In this document: piece by piece, positions 1-11,600 of the stretch
Numbering within the stretch: position 1 is the stretch's first letter
How the letters are laid out: every line of letters starts with the position of its first letter
DNA from: Macrostomum hystrix
Lineage: Eukaryota; Animalia; Platyhelminthes
Length of the DNA stretch: 64,000 nucleotides
Direction of reading: 5' to 3'
Assembly (NCBI GenBank): GCA_950097015.1
Contig: CATNEN010000026.1
Span: forward strand, 434,001 to 498,000
The notes under the pieces: model-generated
What the model was told of the DNA's origin: nothing
The model's input: the letters and a program-made list of their open reading frames with translations, nothing else
The model's database searches: none
Program-made: the position numbers and the translations under genes

Positions 1-1169
1 CTCCATGATTTTTTGTTCATCGAGTCCAGCATGGTACAATCTTGTGGCACAAGTGGCTCGCAGGCTGTGATTCCGCTTGTTTCCCTGGACACCCGATTCT
101 TCACAGAGACGCTTCAACATGGTCGAAACGGTATTCTTCCCAAGTGGACGCTTGTTGTACAAACATGTCTCAGTAGGATTCCGCATTGCCTGCAGGCAAA
201 AGCGACTGGTGTCTACTGGGCGTAAACTGACAAACTTCTTAAAGAGTCGAACATGGCTGCGTTCGAGCTTAGCAACGTCCGGATAGTGCAGGATTTCTTT
301 GGGAGCAACGTGCTTGTCTTTCAGCCTCCAGTGAAGGTCTTTGAGTTTCTCTCTTGGTAGATCAGACACTCTACGCCGTCCCTGTTTTCAACTCGAAATT
401 GGTCGATAGTCAGGTTACAATGTTCTTCGCGACCCCGAAGCGCGAAGTGCAGGCCATTAAGATAGAAGAGGGTGCGAGTCAGTTGGTCAGGGTTCTTGTC
501 ACCAAGTTGCTTCTCCCAAAGTTGCGCTTCTTCTTCGAAAGAAATCGTTTCAGCGCTCTCGCGCTTTAGGCCATTGCCCTCTTTAGTAGAAATTTTCATA
601 GCAGCATCAATCGAATCAGTGACGACTTTGAAGTCCTGACCCCGAAAGAAGTCCACGGGTGGACTTTTACTGCAAGTACTGGCCTGACGCTGTAGTCCAG
701 CAGCGATGGAGACAATTGATCCAGGGGGATAGCGTTCTCCATTTTGTTTCCGAACCTCGTGGAAAAATCGCGGTAGCAAGTCCCGTAGCTGGTCGTGACT
801 CAGTTCGCCAACCGTGTCTGGAAGTCGGGGGAATCTGGTAGCCATCCAGGCGGTGAACACTTTACTCGCCCACTTGTCTCTATCTAATGTCTTTGATGAC
901 TTCATACTGTGGTTAAGAGCCATGGCATCTTCAAAAGTTATTGCTGATCCGAAGCGATTCGATTGAGACGTTCCGGACTCCTCCGACGTAGCTGTTGTCA
1001 TGTAGCTGCCAGTAGTTACGACGGCTGAGATATCATGATGTTTACGAAGGTCTCCACCGTCAGATAAAACAGCATCGATGTCAGATTGACGCAGTCGATT
1101 CGGATCGAAATCACTAACAAAGTCTTCTCTATAGTCTACAAGTGGATTTATTCTATATGACTCTTCCAT
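1..1169 (-). mobile_element. Crypton-type tyrosine recombinase (DUF3504/CryptonA-like), frameshifted at ~321-325, C-terminus beyond window start
   Basis: ORF 1169-321 has YPPGSIVSI..GLQR, LW..QLGDKNPDQL..TLFYLNGLHFALRGREEH and SKTFTGG. After an apparent 1-nt loss (GGA GG-CTG) a second frame continues to base 1: LKDKHVAPKEILHY...PLGKNTVSTMLKRLCEESGVQGNKRNHSLRATCATRLYHAGLDEQKIME, containing the HxxR box of tyrosine recombinases. Confidence 0.85.
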
Positions 1170-1459
1170 CGCAGAGCAGATGTAAAGATAAGACTCGTTC
1201 GCTTAATTTGTGGCTCAGCTCAATTCGCCTTCAGCTGGCTTATACTGGTCAACTTTAGCTCGGGCCATAGACAAATAAGCTGCTACGTCGAGCACCGAAA
1301 GTGAATTTCTTAGTTATCTCAGCTCGCTAGCTCATAGACTGGTCAACTGAATTTGGCCATAGACATAAACTGCAACCAGCCGTCTAATTTTTTCGGGCAC
1401 TATTTAGCTAATGCCCGGAATATCTATAAGGCTCACAACATGCTCTATATGAGATAAAG

Positions 1460-1625
1460 CACGACTTGGGGGTAGAACAGCGGCAGGCTTGAGGATAGAA
1501 CAGGGGCAGACTTGGGGGTAGAACAGAGGCAGACTTGGGGGTAGAACAGGGGCAGACTTGGGGGTAGAACAGGGGCAGGCTAGAGGGTAGAACAGACGTG
1601 AGGGTAGAACAAGGGCAGGCATTAA
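1460..1625. repeat. 23-bp G-rich minisatellite (ggggtagaacaggggcagacttg)
   Basis: About 7 imperfect copies just 3' of the PSMG3-like stop codon. Confidence 0.85.
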
Positions 1626-1649
1626 GAGAAGATGCACTAAGAAGCGGGC

Positions 1650-2003
1650 CTAGGTCTGCGGCCAAGTGCGATATTGGGCCACCAGTTCGCAGAGCAGCTG
1701 CACCCTGTCCCGACTCTCGTCGGCCAAGCATATGCTGACAACAGCCGACGGCTTGTCGGCTGCCGCCCGACGAAGACTGGCTCGCAGAAGCCGCGCCACC
1801 TGCGCCGTGGCGGGCGATTTCGGGGCGCCGAATCTCGCCTCAGTGGAGCCGGAGTCGACTGCGTAGAAGCAGCCGAGTTTGCCGGTGTCTGAGACTGACA
1901 GAAGCAGACAGTCGGCGAATTCAAGGACGCACAGGTGAACGGGCTGCCTGTTGGAGACGATGTCACCCGCGAACTGCTGCTCCATTGTGTACACCTTTGG
2001 CAT
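1650..2003 (-). CDS. PSMG3: Proteasome assembly chaperone 3-like protein (PAC3), single coding exon, 117 aa
   Basis: Size and motif order match PAC3 as recalled: LCVLEFADCLLLSVSDTGKLGCF (cf. VVCTAFSSHILVVVTQFGKMGTL) and VSICLADESRDRVQLLCELVAQYRTW (cf. AVAVKDKSMEGLKALREVIRVCQVW). No database search was run. Confidence 0.62.
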   Translation of the reverse strand: MPKVYTMEQQFAGDIVSNRQPVHLCVLEFADCLLLSVSDTGKLGCFYAVDSGSTEARFGAPKSPATAQVARLLRASLRRAAADKPSAVVSICLADESRDRVQLLCELVAQYRTWPQT

Positions 2004-2100
2004 TGTTGGTTATTTTATAGGAATCCAAGTAGCTAAAATATAGAAGAAAGAAGATAGACGAAGATAGTCAGATAGAAGAAAATGTTCAATATTTAGCATT

Positions 2101-3170
2101 TACACCAATCTCAATGATCCAGTCAGACATTACCCAATCCGGTCAGATATTACCCCAATCCAGTCAGACATCACCCCAATCCAGTTAGACCTTACCCCAA
2201 TCCAGTCAGATATTACCCCAATCCAGTCAGACATTACCCCAATCCAGTCAGATATTACCCCAATCCGGTCAGACATTACCACAATCCAGTCAGATATTAC
2301 CCCAATCCAGTCAGATATTACCCCAATCCAGTCAGATATTACCCCAATCCAGTCAGATATTACCACAATCCAGTCAGACATTACCACAATCCAGTTAGAC
2401 CTTACCCCAATCCAGTCAGACATTACCCCAATCCAGTCAGATATTACCCCAATCCAGTTAGACCTTACCCCAATCCAGTCAGACATTACCCCAATCCAGT
2501 CAGACATTACCCCAATCCAGTCAGATATTACCCCAATCCAGTCAGATATTACCACAATCCAGTCAGATATTACCCCAATCCAGTCAGATATTACCCCAAT
2601 CCAGTCAGATATTACCCCAATCCAGTCAGACATTACCCCAATCCAGTCAGACATTACCCCAATCCAGTCAGATATTACCACAATCCAGTCAGATATTACC
2701 CCAATCCAGTCAGATATTACCCCAATCCAGTCAGATATTACCCCAATCCAGTCAGACATTATCCCAATCCAGTCAGACATTACCCCAATCCAGTCAGACA
2801 TTACCCCAATCCCAATGATCCAGTCAGACATTACCCCAATCCCAATGATCCGGTCAGACATTACCCCAATCCCAATGATCCGGTCAGACATTACCCCAAT
2901 CCCAATGATCCAGTCAGACATTACCCCAATCCCAATGATCCGGTCAGACATTACCCCAATCCCAATGATCCAGTCAGACATTACCCCAATCCCAATGATC
3001 CGGTCAGACATTACCCCAATCCCAATGATCCAGTCAGACATTACCCCAATCCCAATGATCCAGTCAGACATTACCCCAATCCCAATGATCCGGTCAGACA
3101 TTACCCCAATCCCAATGATCCGGTCAGACATTACCCCAATCCCAATGATCCGGTCAGACATTACCCCAAG
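2101..3170. repeat. Compound minisatellite: 21-bp units (ccccaatccagtcagacatta) switching to 30-bp units at ~2805
   Basis: Directly visible; explains the SDWIGVI (7 aa) and SDRIIGIGVM (10 aa) periodic ORFs. Confidence 0.95.
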
Positions 3171-3539
3171 GTCGAATCCCCAATGGTAAAATAAAAGTAA
3201 TGTAAAAAATAGTTTAGTCTCAATAAGTGAAGTGACAAAAGGAAAACATTATCAGATGACATAATTGTGAAATGCTAAACTGTACAAGCCAAATCATATT
3301 TGAGACAATTGCTTTTTTATTTCAGCGAAAAAAAAATTGAGTTGAGCAAGATTTTCAAATAGCATTTATTTAAAGCCTATAAAAAGATAGCATATACGTT
3401 ATAAAAATGCAAATAATTATCAGCACCACCATGATTATGTGAAGGTAGAGTTAAAAAACACGAGTTAATAAAAAACTCGATGAAAATCTTTTAATTGTCA
3501 CAAAAAAGTTTTAAGTGAATATCTTTCAAGGGACGCAAG

Positions 3540-3960
3540 CGGTTGCTAAGTCCTGTTTCAGTTCATTTAAGAGTTTGTGCTGGAGCGTCAAATGCTGCTG
3601 CTTTTTTCCAGGGCTTTAAATCGTGTTGCTAAGGACGCGATATTAGTTAGCAGCAACTTTAATATTGTTACTAAGGACGCAGAATTTATAGTCAAGGCTA
3701 ATATATCCGGTTGCCTCGGTGGCTATCATTTTTACTAGAGCTTAAAAATTCGGTTTAACGCTAAAATTGTTGCTAAGGACGCGAAGTTTTTCTTTTGGGC
3801 TTAAAATCCTGTTGCTAGGGACCCAAGTATTTTTTCTGAAGCTGAAAATCTTACTGCAATGGGCTAGATAATTTTTGTTAGAGCTCTTAGCATCGTAAAA
3901 CCATCCGTAGGTCAATAAAAATGCGAGTCCAGATCCCCGAGTCTCGTTGCCAAGGCAACC
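3540..3960. repeat. Decayed ~42-bp repeat with gttgctaagg core, ending in a perfect palindrome gttgccaaggcaac
   Basis: Core at 3542, 3625, 3667, 3769 and 3811 (42-bp steps 3625-3667 and 3769-3811); palindrome at 3946-3959. Confidence 0.6.
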
Positions 3961-3965
3961 CACAC

Positions 3966-6900
3966 CTAGGGCTGGGCTAGAAACGGATGCTTCAAAGCCT
4001 CCTCGGCTGTCATCCGTTTGGCCGGATCTGCCTGCAGCAGGCCGCTGAGCAGGTCGAACGCGGACTCCGGCCCGACATCCGGGTCGCAGTTCAGATCGGA
4101 GCGCCGACTTCGCCGACAAATTTCGGCTAGGCGAGCCCGGCGACAGGGAAACTCCGAGTCGGGCAGCGAGTCATCTACAACGGGCAGTACGCTGAGCTCT
4201 CTAGACACAGCGGCGGCTGAGGCCTTCATCGACTGTATGCCGAACAGGCAGCAGAGCAGGTACAGGCACTCGGAGTCGGAGCGGCAGGACAGGAACGGCT
4301 GCCGGCCTGAGAGGAAAGCGGCCAAGATGCAGCCGGCGGCCCAGGTGTCCACCTGGCAGTCTTGGAGATCGGCCTGGCGAGTGAGATTGGGGAATCGGGA
4401 TTTTTGGGATTTGAACTATGGATTAGGAGATTTTTGGTATTAGAGAAACTAGACGCGAGGGACAAGGAAATGATGAGAACTAGACTGGACCTAGGCGATT
4501 GGGGATATTAGGGAGCTTGACCCAGGGAAAAGGGATATTAGGGAAGCTAGACCCAGGGGGATTGGGAATATAAGGGGAGCTAGACCCAGGGAATGGGAAC
4601 ATTAGGGGAACTAGACCCAGGGAATGGGAAACATTAGGGGAGCTAGACCCAGGGAATGGGAAACATTAGGGGAGCTAGACCCAGGTAATGGGGAATATTA
4701 GGGGAACTAGACCCAGGGGATGGGGAATATTAGGGGAACTAGACCCAGGGAATGGGAAACATTAGGGGAGCTAGACCCAGGGAATGGGAAACATTAGGGG
4801 AGCTAGACCCAGGGAATGGGAAACATTAGGGGAACTAGACCCAAGGAATGGGAAACATTAGGGGAACTAGACCCAGGGAATGGGAAACATTAGGGGAGCT
4901 AGACCCAGGGAATGGGAAACATTAGGGCAGCTAGACCCAGGGAATGGGAAACATTAGGGGAGCTAGACCCAGGGAATGGGAAATATTTGGGGAGCTAGAC
5001 CCCTGCGGATGGGGGACAAAGGATTAGGGAGAATAGATTCAGAGGATTAAGGAAATTAGCAGGGGACATGCCACTGTAAGCATTGGGCACCAAAGAGAAA
5101 TAAGACTGAGGATTACTGACAGTTGAAAACTAAAGACTAAAAATGGAAGACAAATCAATGCAGCCACCTGCAGCAGAACTTCGGGCGGTCGGTAGCCGTT
5201 CGTGCCGCCGCGTGGCGCCCTGATTGGCCGCCGTTTCACGCAGGCTCCGCAGACCAGACCCGGCGAGCATCGGCAGGCGGCCGCCGACGCCGATGTTGAC
5301 AATCTCGACGCCGAGAAGACAATTGAGCCGGCATTTCTGTGACCGGCGACACCGACAGCGGGTCTGCCTAGCGGCGACTGCACAGGGTGGGCCAGGCCGA
5401 AGTCGGCAAGTGCGAATCGCCCAGTTGCCGGGTTGTACAATGCATTGTTCGGCTTGACGTCTCTGTGCACTATTTTTAGAGAGTGCACGTGGCGCAGAGC
5501 GTCCAGGAGGCACCGCATGTAGTGCCGCACCTGCGACAGAGCGGACGGTAGGGAATAATGTCGGTAAGGGACTGCCTGTGAATGAAGGGACTGTCTGTGA
5601 ATGAAGGGACTGTCTGTGATTGAAGGGACTGTCTGTGAATGAAGGGACTGTCTGTGAATGAAGGGACTGTCTGTGAATGAAGGGACTGTCTGTGAATGAA
5701 GGGACTGTCTGTGATTGAAGGGACTGTCTGTGAATGAAGGGACTGTCTGTGAATGAAGGGACTGTCTGTGATTGAAAGGACTGTCTGTGAATGAAGGGAC
5801 TGTCTGTGAATGAAGGGACTGTCTGTGAATGAAGGGACTGTCTGTGAATGAAGGGACTGTCTGTGAATGAAGGGACTGTCTGTGAATGAAGGGACTGTCT
5901 GTGAATGAAGGGACTGTCTGTGAATGAAGGGACTGTCTGTGAATGAAGGGACTGTCTGTGATTGAAAGGACTGTCTGTGAATGAAGGGACTGTCTGTGAA
6001 TGAAGGGACTGTCTGTGAATGAAGGGACTGTCTGTGAATGAAGGGACTGTCTGTGAATGAAGGGACTGTCTGTGAATGAAGGGACTGTCTGTGAATGAAG
6101 GGACTGTCTGTGAATGAAGGGACTGTCTGTGAATGAAGGGACTGTCTGTGAATGAAGGGACTGTCTGTGAATGAAGGGACTGTCTGTGATTGAAAGGACT
6201 GTCTGTGAATGAAGGGACTGTCTGTGAATGAAGGGACTGTCTGTGAATGAAGGGACTGTCTGTGAATGAAGGGACTGTCTGTGAATGAAGGGACTGTCTG
6301 TGATTGAAAGGACTGTCTGTGAATGAAGGGACTGTCTGTGAATGAAGGGACTGTCTGTGAATGAAGGGACTGTCTGTGAATGAAGGGACTGTCTGTGAAT
6401 GAAGGGACTGTCTGTGAATGAAGGGACTGTCTGTGAATGAAGGGACTGTCTGTGAATGAAGGGACTGTCTGTGAATGAAGGGACTGTCTGTGAATGAAGG
6501 GACTGTCTGTGAATGAAGGGACTGTCTGTGAATGAAGGGACTGTCTGTGAATGAAGGGACTGTCTGTGAATGAAGGGACTGTCTGTGAAAGTCAGGAATA
6601 CCTGGCTAGGCTTTAGCTGTCTATAGAACTCCACAAAGGGCCTGTGCTCAACGTAGTCCATGACAATGAGCACGGTGTCGGCTTCGCGCACAGCGGTCAC
6701 TAGGCTGATGACATTGGGCTGGCCCTTGAGCGCCTGGAGCAGGAGGATCTCAGTGCCGGTGCGCTGCAAATCGCAGCAGTGACTAATCACTTTGATAGCC
6801 AAGCAGCTGCGATTTTCGCCGCTGTTGCCGGACCCGGCGTCGGCCCGCGGACGCGCCCGAAACACAGCCGAGAAGGCGCCTTCGCCGCACTTTTCTAACA

Positions 6901-7030
6901 ATTCGAATCGATTTCGAATCGCGCTTAAACGGCGAGCAAATTTTAAAGTTTTAAACATTGGCGGGCCCGTAGAGACTAAGTTCTGATTCGCAACTGGCGT
7001 CTCATGCGGCGGAGTGCGCGGCCGTTTCAT
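3966..7030 (-). CDS. CDC7: Cell division cycle 7-related kinase; exons 7030-6602, 5530-5168, 4373-3966 (~399 aa)
   Basis: GEGAFSAVF, AIK, HRDVKPNN, DFGLA, insert-2 Cys motif CRC..VCGACVKRR..APRGGTNGYRPPEVLLQ, then ADLQDCQVDTWAAG..LSGRQPF and RMTAEEALKHPF. GT-AG phase-0 junctions (CAG|gtattc, cag|GTG, CAG|gtggct, cag|GCC) give a continuous frame. Confidence 0.93.
4500..5010. repeat. 32-bp minisatellite (attaggggagctagacccagggaatgggaaac) in CDC7 intron 2
   Basis: About 15 tandem copies visible. Confidence 0.93.
5568..6588. repeat. 19-bp minisatellite (gggactgtctgtgaatgaa) filling CDC7 intron 1
   Basis: About 53 near-identical copies; gives the 19-aa periodic insert in the 695-aa ORF. Confidence 0.97.
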
Positions 7031-7174
7031 CTTCAATTTAGTGTCGCAGAACAGACTACAGACTACTGAAAGTAGGCGTGTTTGACTTATAAAATAGTTT
7101 TTAAATATGATCACTGGCGTATACACAATGACTACGTTGACAAAATAGACATTTAAATATTTTTATTTTCTAAG

Positions 7175-7935
7175 CCATTACCCCACCATGAGTTCATCAT
7201 TATCCATTACCTTACAATGAGTCCATCATTATCCTTTATCCTACTATGAGTCCATCATTATCCATTACCCCACTATGAGTCCATGATTATCCATTACACC
7301 ATCATGACTGCATCATAATCCATCACCCCTCCGTGAGCCCATTATTATCCATTACATTACAATAAATCCATCATCATCCATTACCCCACAATGAGTCCAT
7401 CATTATCCATTACCCCACTATGAGTCCATGATTATCCATTACACCATCATGACTGCATCATAATCCATCACCCCTCCGTGAGCCCATTATTATCCATTAC
7501 ATTACAATAAATCCATCATCATCCATTACCCCACAATGAGTCCATCATTATCCATTACCTTACAACGAGCCCATCATTATCCATTACCTTACAATAAGTC
7601 CATCATTATCTATTACCCTACCATGAGTCCATCATTATCCATTACAACACCAAGAGTCCATCATTATCTATTACCCCACAATGAGTCCATCATTATCCAT
7701 TACCTTACAATAAGTCCATCATTATCCATTACCCCACCAAGAGTCCATCATTATCCATTACCCCACCAAGAGTCCATCATTATCCATTACCCCACCAAGA
7801 GTCCATCATTATCCATTACCCCACCAAGAGTCCATCATTATCCATTACCCCACCAAGAGTCCATCATTATCCATTACCCCACCAAGAGTCCATCATTATC
7901 CATTACCCCACCAAGAGTCCATCATAATTAATTAC
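7175..7935. repeat. ~29-bp minisatellite (ccatcattatccattaccccaccaagagt)
   Basis: Degenerate at left, homogeneous at right; includes a 145-bp (5-unit) block duplication at 7266/7411. Confidence 0.9.
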
Positions 7936-8149
7936 CCCACTAAGAGACCTTCATTGCAGAAAAGCAAGACAAAAAAATTGACTATGAGAACTAAATCGTT
8001 TTTAATTTAACGCATGGTAGACAGGCAAATACCACATATCAATTAGATATTTATAAGAAACTCACTAGCAAACATTAATTGAACTAAGAAATGCAGCCGC
8101 TTTCATAGAAATTCATTTTCGACACCGAACGCAACAATTAAAAGTGAAC

Positions 8150-8500
8150 AGGTTTCCGAAAAAGCGATTCACAGGTTTCGGGAGAAGTGATTGACAGGTT
8201 TTCGGAACAGCGATTGACAGGTTTCGGGTTTAGGATTTGACAGGTTTCGGGTTTAGGATTGATAGGTTTCGGGTTTAGGATTGACGGGTTTCGGGTTTAG
8301 GATTGACAGGTTTCGGGTTTATGAAGGGATTGAGGATTTAGTGCGGGTTTAGGATTGACAGGTTTCGGGTTTAGGATTGATAGGTTTCGGGTTTAGGATT
8401 GATAGGTTTCGGGTTTAGGATTGACAGGTTTCGGGTTTAGGATTGAAATGTTTCGGGTTTATGATTGACAAGTTTCGGATTTAGGATTGAAATGTTTCGG
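8150..8500. repeat. 22-bp minisatellite (gacaggtttcgggtttaggatt)
   Basis: About 14 imperfect copies 3' of INTS5. Confidence 0.88.
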
Positions 8501-8689
8501 ATTTGTATTGGGACTTAGATTTCACAGGTATCAGGATAAGGATTGACATATCGGAGTTTAAAATGTTGACATATTTTGTTTTTAAAGTTTTCAAAACGCG
8601 CTGGAACTGACTGGCTATAACGAACTAATTCAAAAAAACACGGTCTTGCATGGAACTAATCTCATTGTAAAGCACAAGAAGCGTACAAG

Positions 8690-11600
8690 TCAGACCGGGC
8701 CGCCGCCAAAGCCGAAGAACTCGCCAAACAGAGGCGCCAGGCGTTCAACGTGCCGATGCAGCAGCCGGTTGAGCAGAGGCGCCGCCCGCTCGGCGCTGAC
8801 TAGCCCGACTGCCGCAACTGACAGCGGGCCTTCGCGCCGGGCCCGAGCGGCGGCTTCCAGCACAGCCCGACGGAGCTCCTCCAGCAGCGGATGCAGTTCA
8901 GCTGGCGTCAGGCAGTCAACAATGGCGTCCAGACGGTCTAACGGAGGCGATAGCAGACGGTTGGCCCGCAGCAGGCTGATCAGGCGGCAAGTTTCAGCGG
9001 CGGCTCCGGCGCATGCTGACGACTGCGGCTGCTGACGCCGGGAGCACCAGTGGACCGTCAGGCCGGTGAGGAGGGCGGCCAGCAGCGGAGCGGCGTGGGC
9101 CAGTACGCAGGGCTCGCCGAGGGTGGCTGCCAATTCCAGGGCGCCCCAGAGAGCGACGGGACGGGCACGGAACTGGGAGAGAACTCGGGTGCCGGACTCG
9201 AGGCCCACCTGCGGGCGGCAGCGGGCAACTACAGTATGCCTGAATCCTCGCCATTCCTAAAGTCCAATCCTCGCCATTCAAGTAGCCCAGCCCTCGCCAT
9301 TCCCATAGTCCAATCCTCGCCATTCAAGTAGCCCACCCCTCGCCATTCCCATAGTCCAATCCTCGCCATTCAAGTAGCCCACCCCTCGCCATTCCCATAG
9401 TCCAATCCTCGCCATTCCCATAGGCCAATCATCGCTATTCTTATAGTACAATCCTCGCCATTCCCAAACCTTGTCCAGAGTGGCGGCCAGAGCCAGCAGA
9501 GATCCCTCCGGGCAAGCGGCCTGCGACAGCGCCACAGCCAGGACGCGGGCCGCCGACTGAGAGCCGCCGCTGCCACTGCATCTGGCAGCATCGCCGTCAA
9601 TGACCAGACGATGCAGCAGAGCCAGAAGGTCCTGCTCCGCCGACCATCGACGCTGGGCTGCCAGCATAGTCGATTTCGCCAGCTGTTGCGCTGCGGATGG
9701 AGGAGCCCGCCGTCTGAGCAGCTGACCGGCTACGTCTACATTTGGCGGCCGCTGCGTAATTAGGGCGACGCTGCCGCTGCCGCTTCCGCTGACGAGATTA
9801 GTGTCGGCAGCGAAGCCCGATGTCGACGACAACGGAGCAAGCATCGCCTGGACAATCTGGCGAATGGCCGCAACGCGACAGTGCGGAAATAGGCAAGCGG
9901 CGCGAAGCAGCTGCTCAATCAGCTGTTGGGCGAGGCCTGCGTCAGCTTCGCCAGACTCTAGCAGGCAACGGGTGGCCGCACGAGCCAGCGCTCCGGTGGC
10001 GGCTAAGCATTCAGCTAGGGAGGCCTTGAAGCGATAGATAATGGCAGAGACTAGTATGCAGATGGATTGAAGAGTGAAAGAATGGGTAACAAGAAAGGAA
10101 AGCAAGATAACACTGCCTCACGGATCTGTGGAAGTCCAGCCGGCTGATGAGGGCGAGCAGCTCCTGGGTGTCTGCCGGTCCCGGTCCGGCGTCTAGAAGG
10201 CGCAACAGGCGAGGCAGCCGACGCCCGACAGCCGCGGCCAGTCGGCGCCTATCCAAGCTGGCCTCTTCGACTAGGAGAGCGCGGGCGCTGCGCACCAGGC
10301 GTCGTCTGACGCGCCAATCAGACGCCATTTGTAGCCGCTGGATCAGACCGTCGGCGATGGCATCGGATGCGTCTGAAGTAGGCAATGGTTGGCGTTGATT
10401 TGATTAGTTATCTATTTACAGATGCTCACAGTGGAATCGGATTGGCTGGCTATGTTCACAATGGAATCTGATTTGCTGGCTATGTTCAAAATCGAATCTG
10501 ATTGGCTGGCTATGTACAAAATCGAATCTGATTGGTTGGCTATGTACACAATCAAATCTGTCTGATACACAAAAATTAGTCTCTCAGACTCACCCGAGTC
10601 GTGCAATTCAATCACATCTAAGGCCTGCAGCAACAGTTTAGGCCGGCCACCAACCGTGGCAAGCCGCAGCAAACGCTGCATGCAACGCGGCCGGCGACCA
10701 ACAACGGCAGCAGCGGCCAGCAGTCGGGCTGAATAGCGGCATCCGCCAGTTAAACAGTCAGCGAAACGCAACACCGTCTGGTCCTGAACTGGCGCGGGTT
10801 GCGGAGACTGCGGCAAACTGTAACCAGGCAGAGAGCGTAGAGCAACGGCGGATAGGCAAGCTAGGATGGCGGAGCATTCGCCACCGCCTGACCGTCTGGC
10901 AGCGGGCAGCAGCAATCGCAGCATGGACAGAGCGGGCGGCTCCTGGCAGCGCAGCAGCACCGAGGCGGCCAGTTGGCGTCGTTCAACAACAACGCCAGAC
11001 TTTTCGCCGGATCCGGCCAAGAGTAGGCGGACACTGTCAGCTAGGGTAACAGTCGGCGAGGCCGCGTATTCAACGGCCAGTTCAACCAGTAAGCCGGACA
11101 GTGCGGCAGAACCGGACCCGGCCAGTTGAAGTAGAAACCAACCTAGTCGACGTCGGCGATCGTCAGCTTGAATGGCTTCCTCTTTGACAGCTGGCCTGTT
11201 AGACTGCTTCGATGAGTCGACAAAGATTTGGCACAGACGACGAAGTGCCAGGCTGAGCTCTGCTCGTCTATTAATAGCCAGGTGAGACAGCAGGTCCAGC
11301 AGGCTGGGCTGCAGGCTGCCGGCTCCACCGCCACCGCTGTCAGTTGGCTGAATGGCCCTAGTCAGCAGGCGGTCCAGAACGGCCAGCGAAGCGGAGGCAG
11401 CGCCGCCTCCGCCAGCCGTTGGCGGCGAGCGCGAGGCAGCCAGCAGCCAGTCCAGCTGAGGCTGGCCGGCCAGGAGGCCGTCGGCGAATGCATCGCGACT
11501 GCCGTATCGTTCGGCGATGTCTAGAAGCTCCTGGATGCCGGGCACGCTGAGCCACTGGCGGGTGCGATCCTCCATTGCCGGGCGATCTGCTTTAATTATG

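Noticed and set aside
5039-7126. Single-exon 695-aa kinase as in the ORF track
   Set aside because: It reads through intron 1, starts 32 codons early and ends in intron 2; the spliced model restores a normal CDC7.
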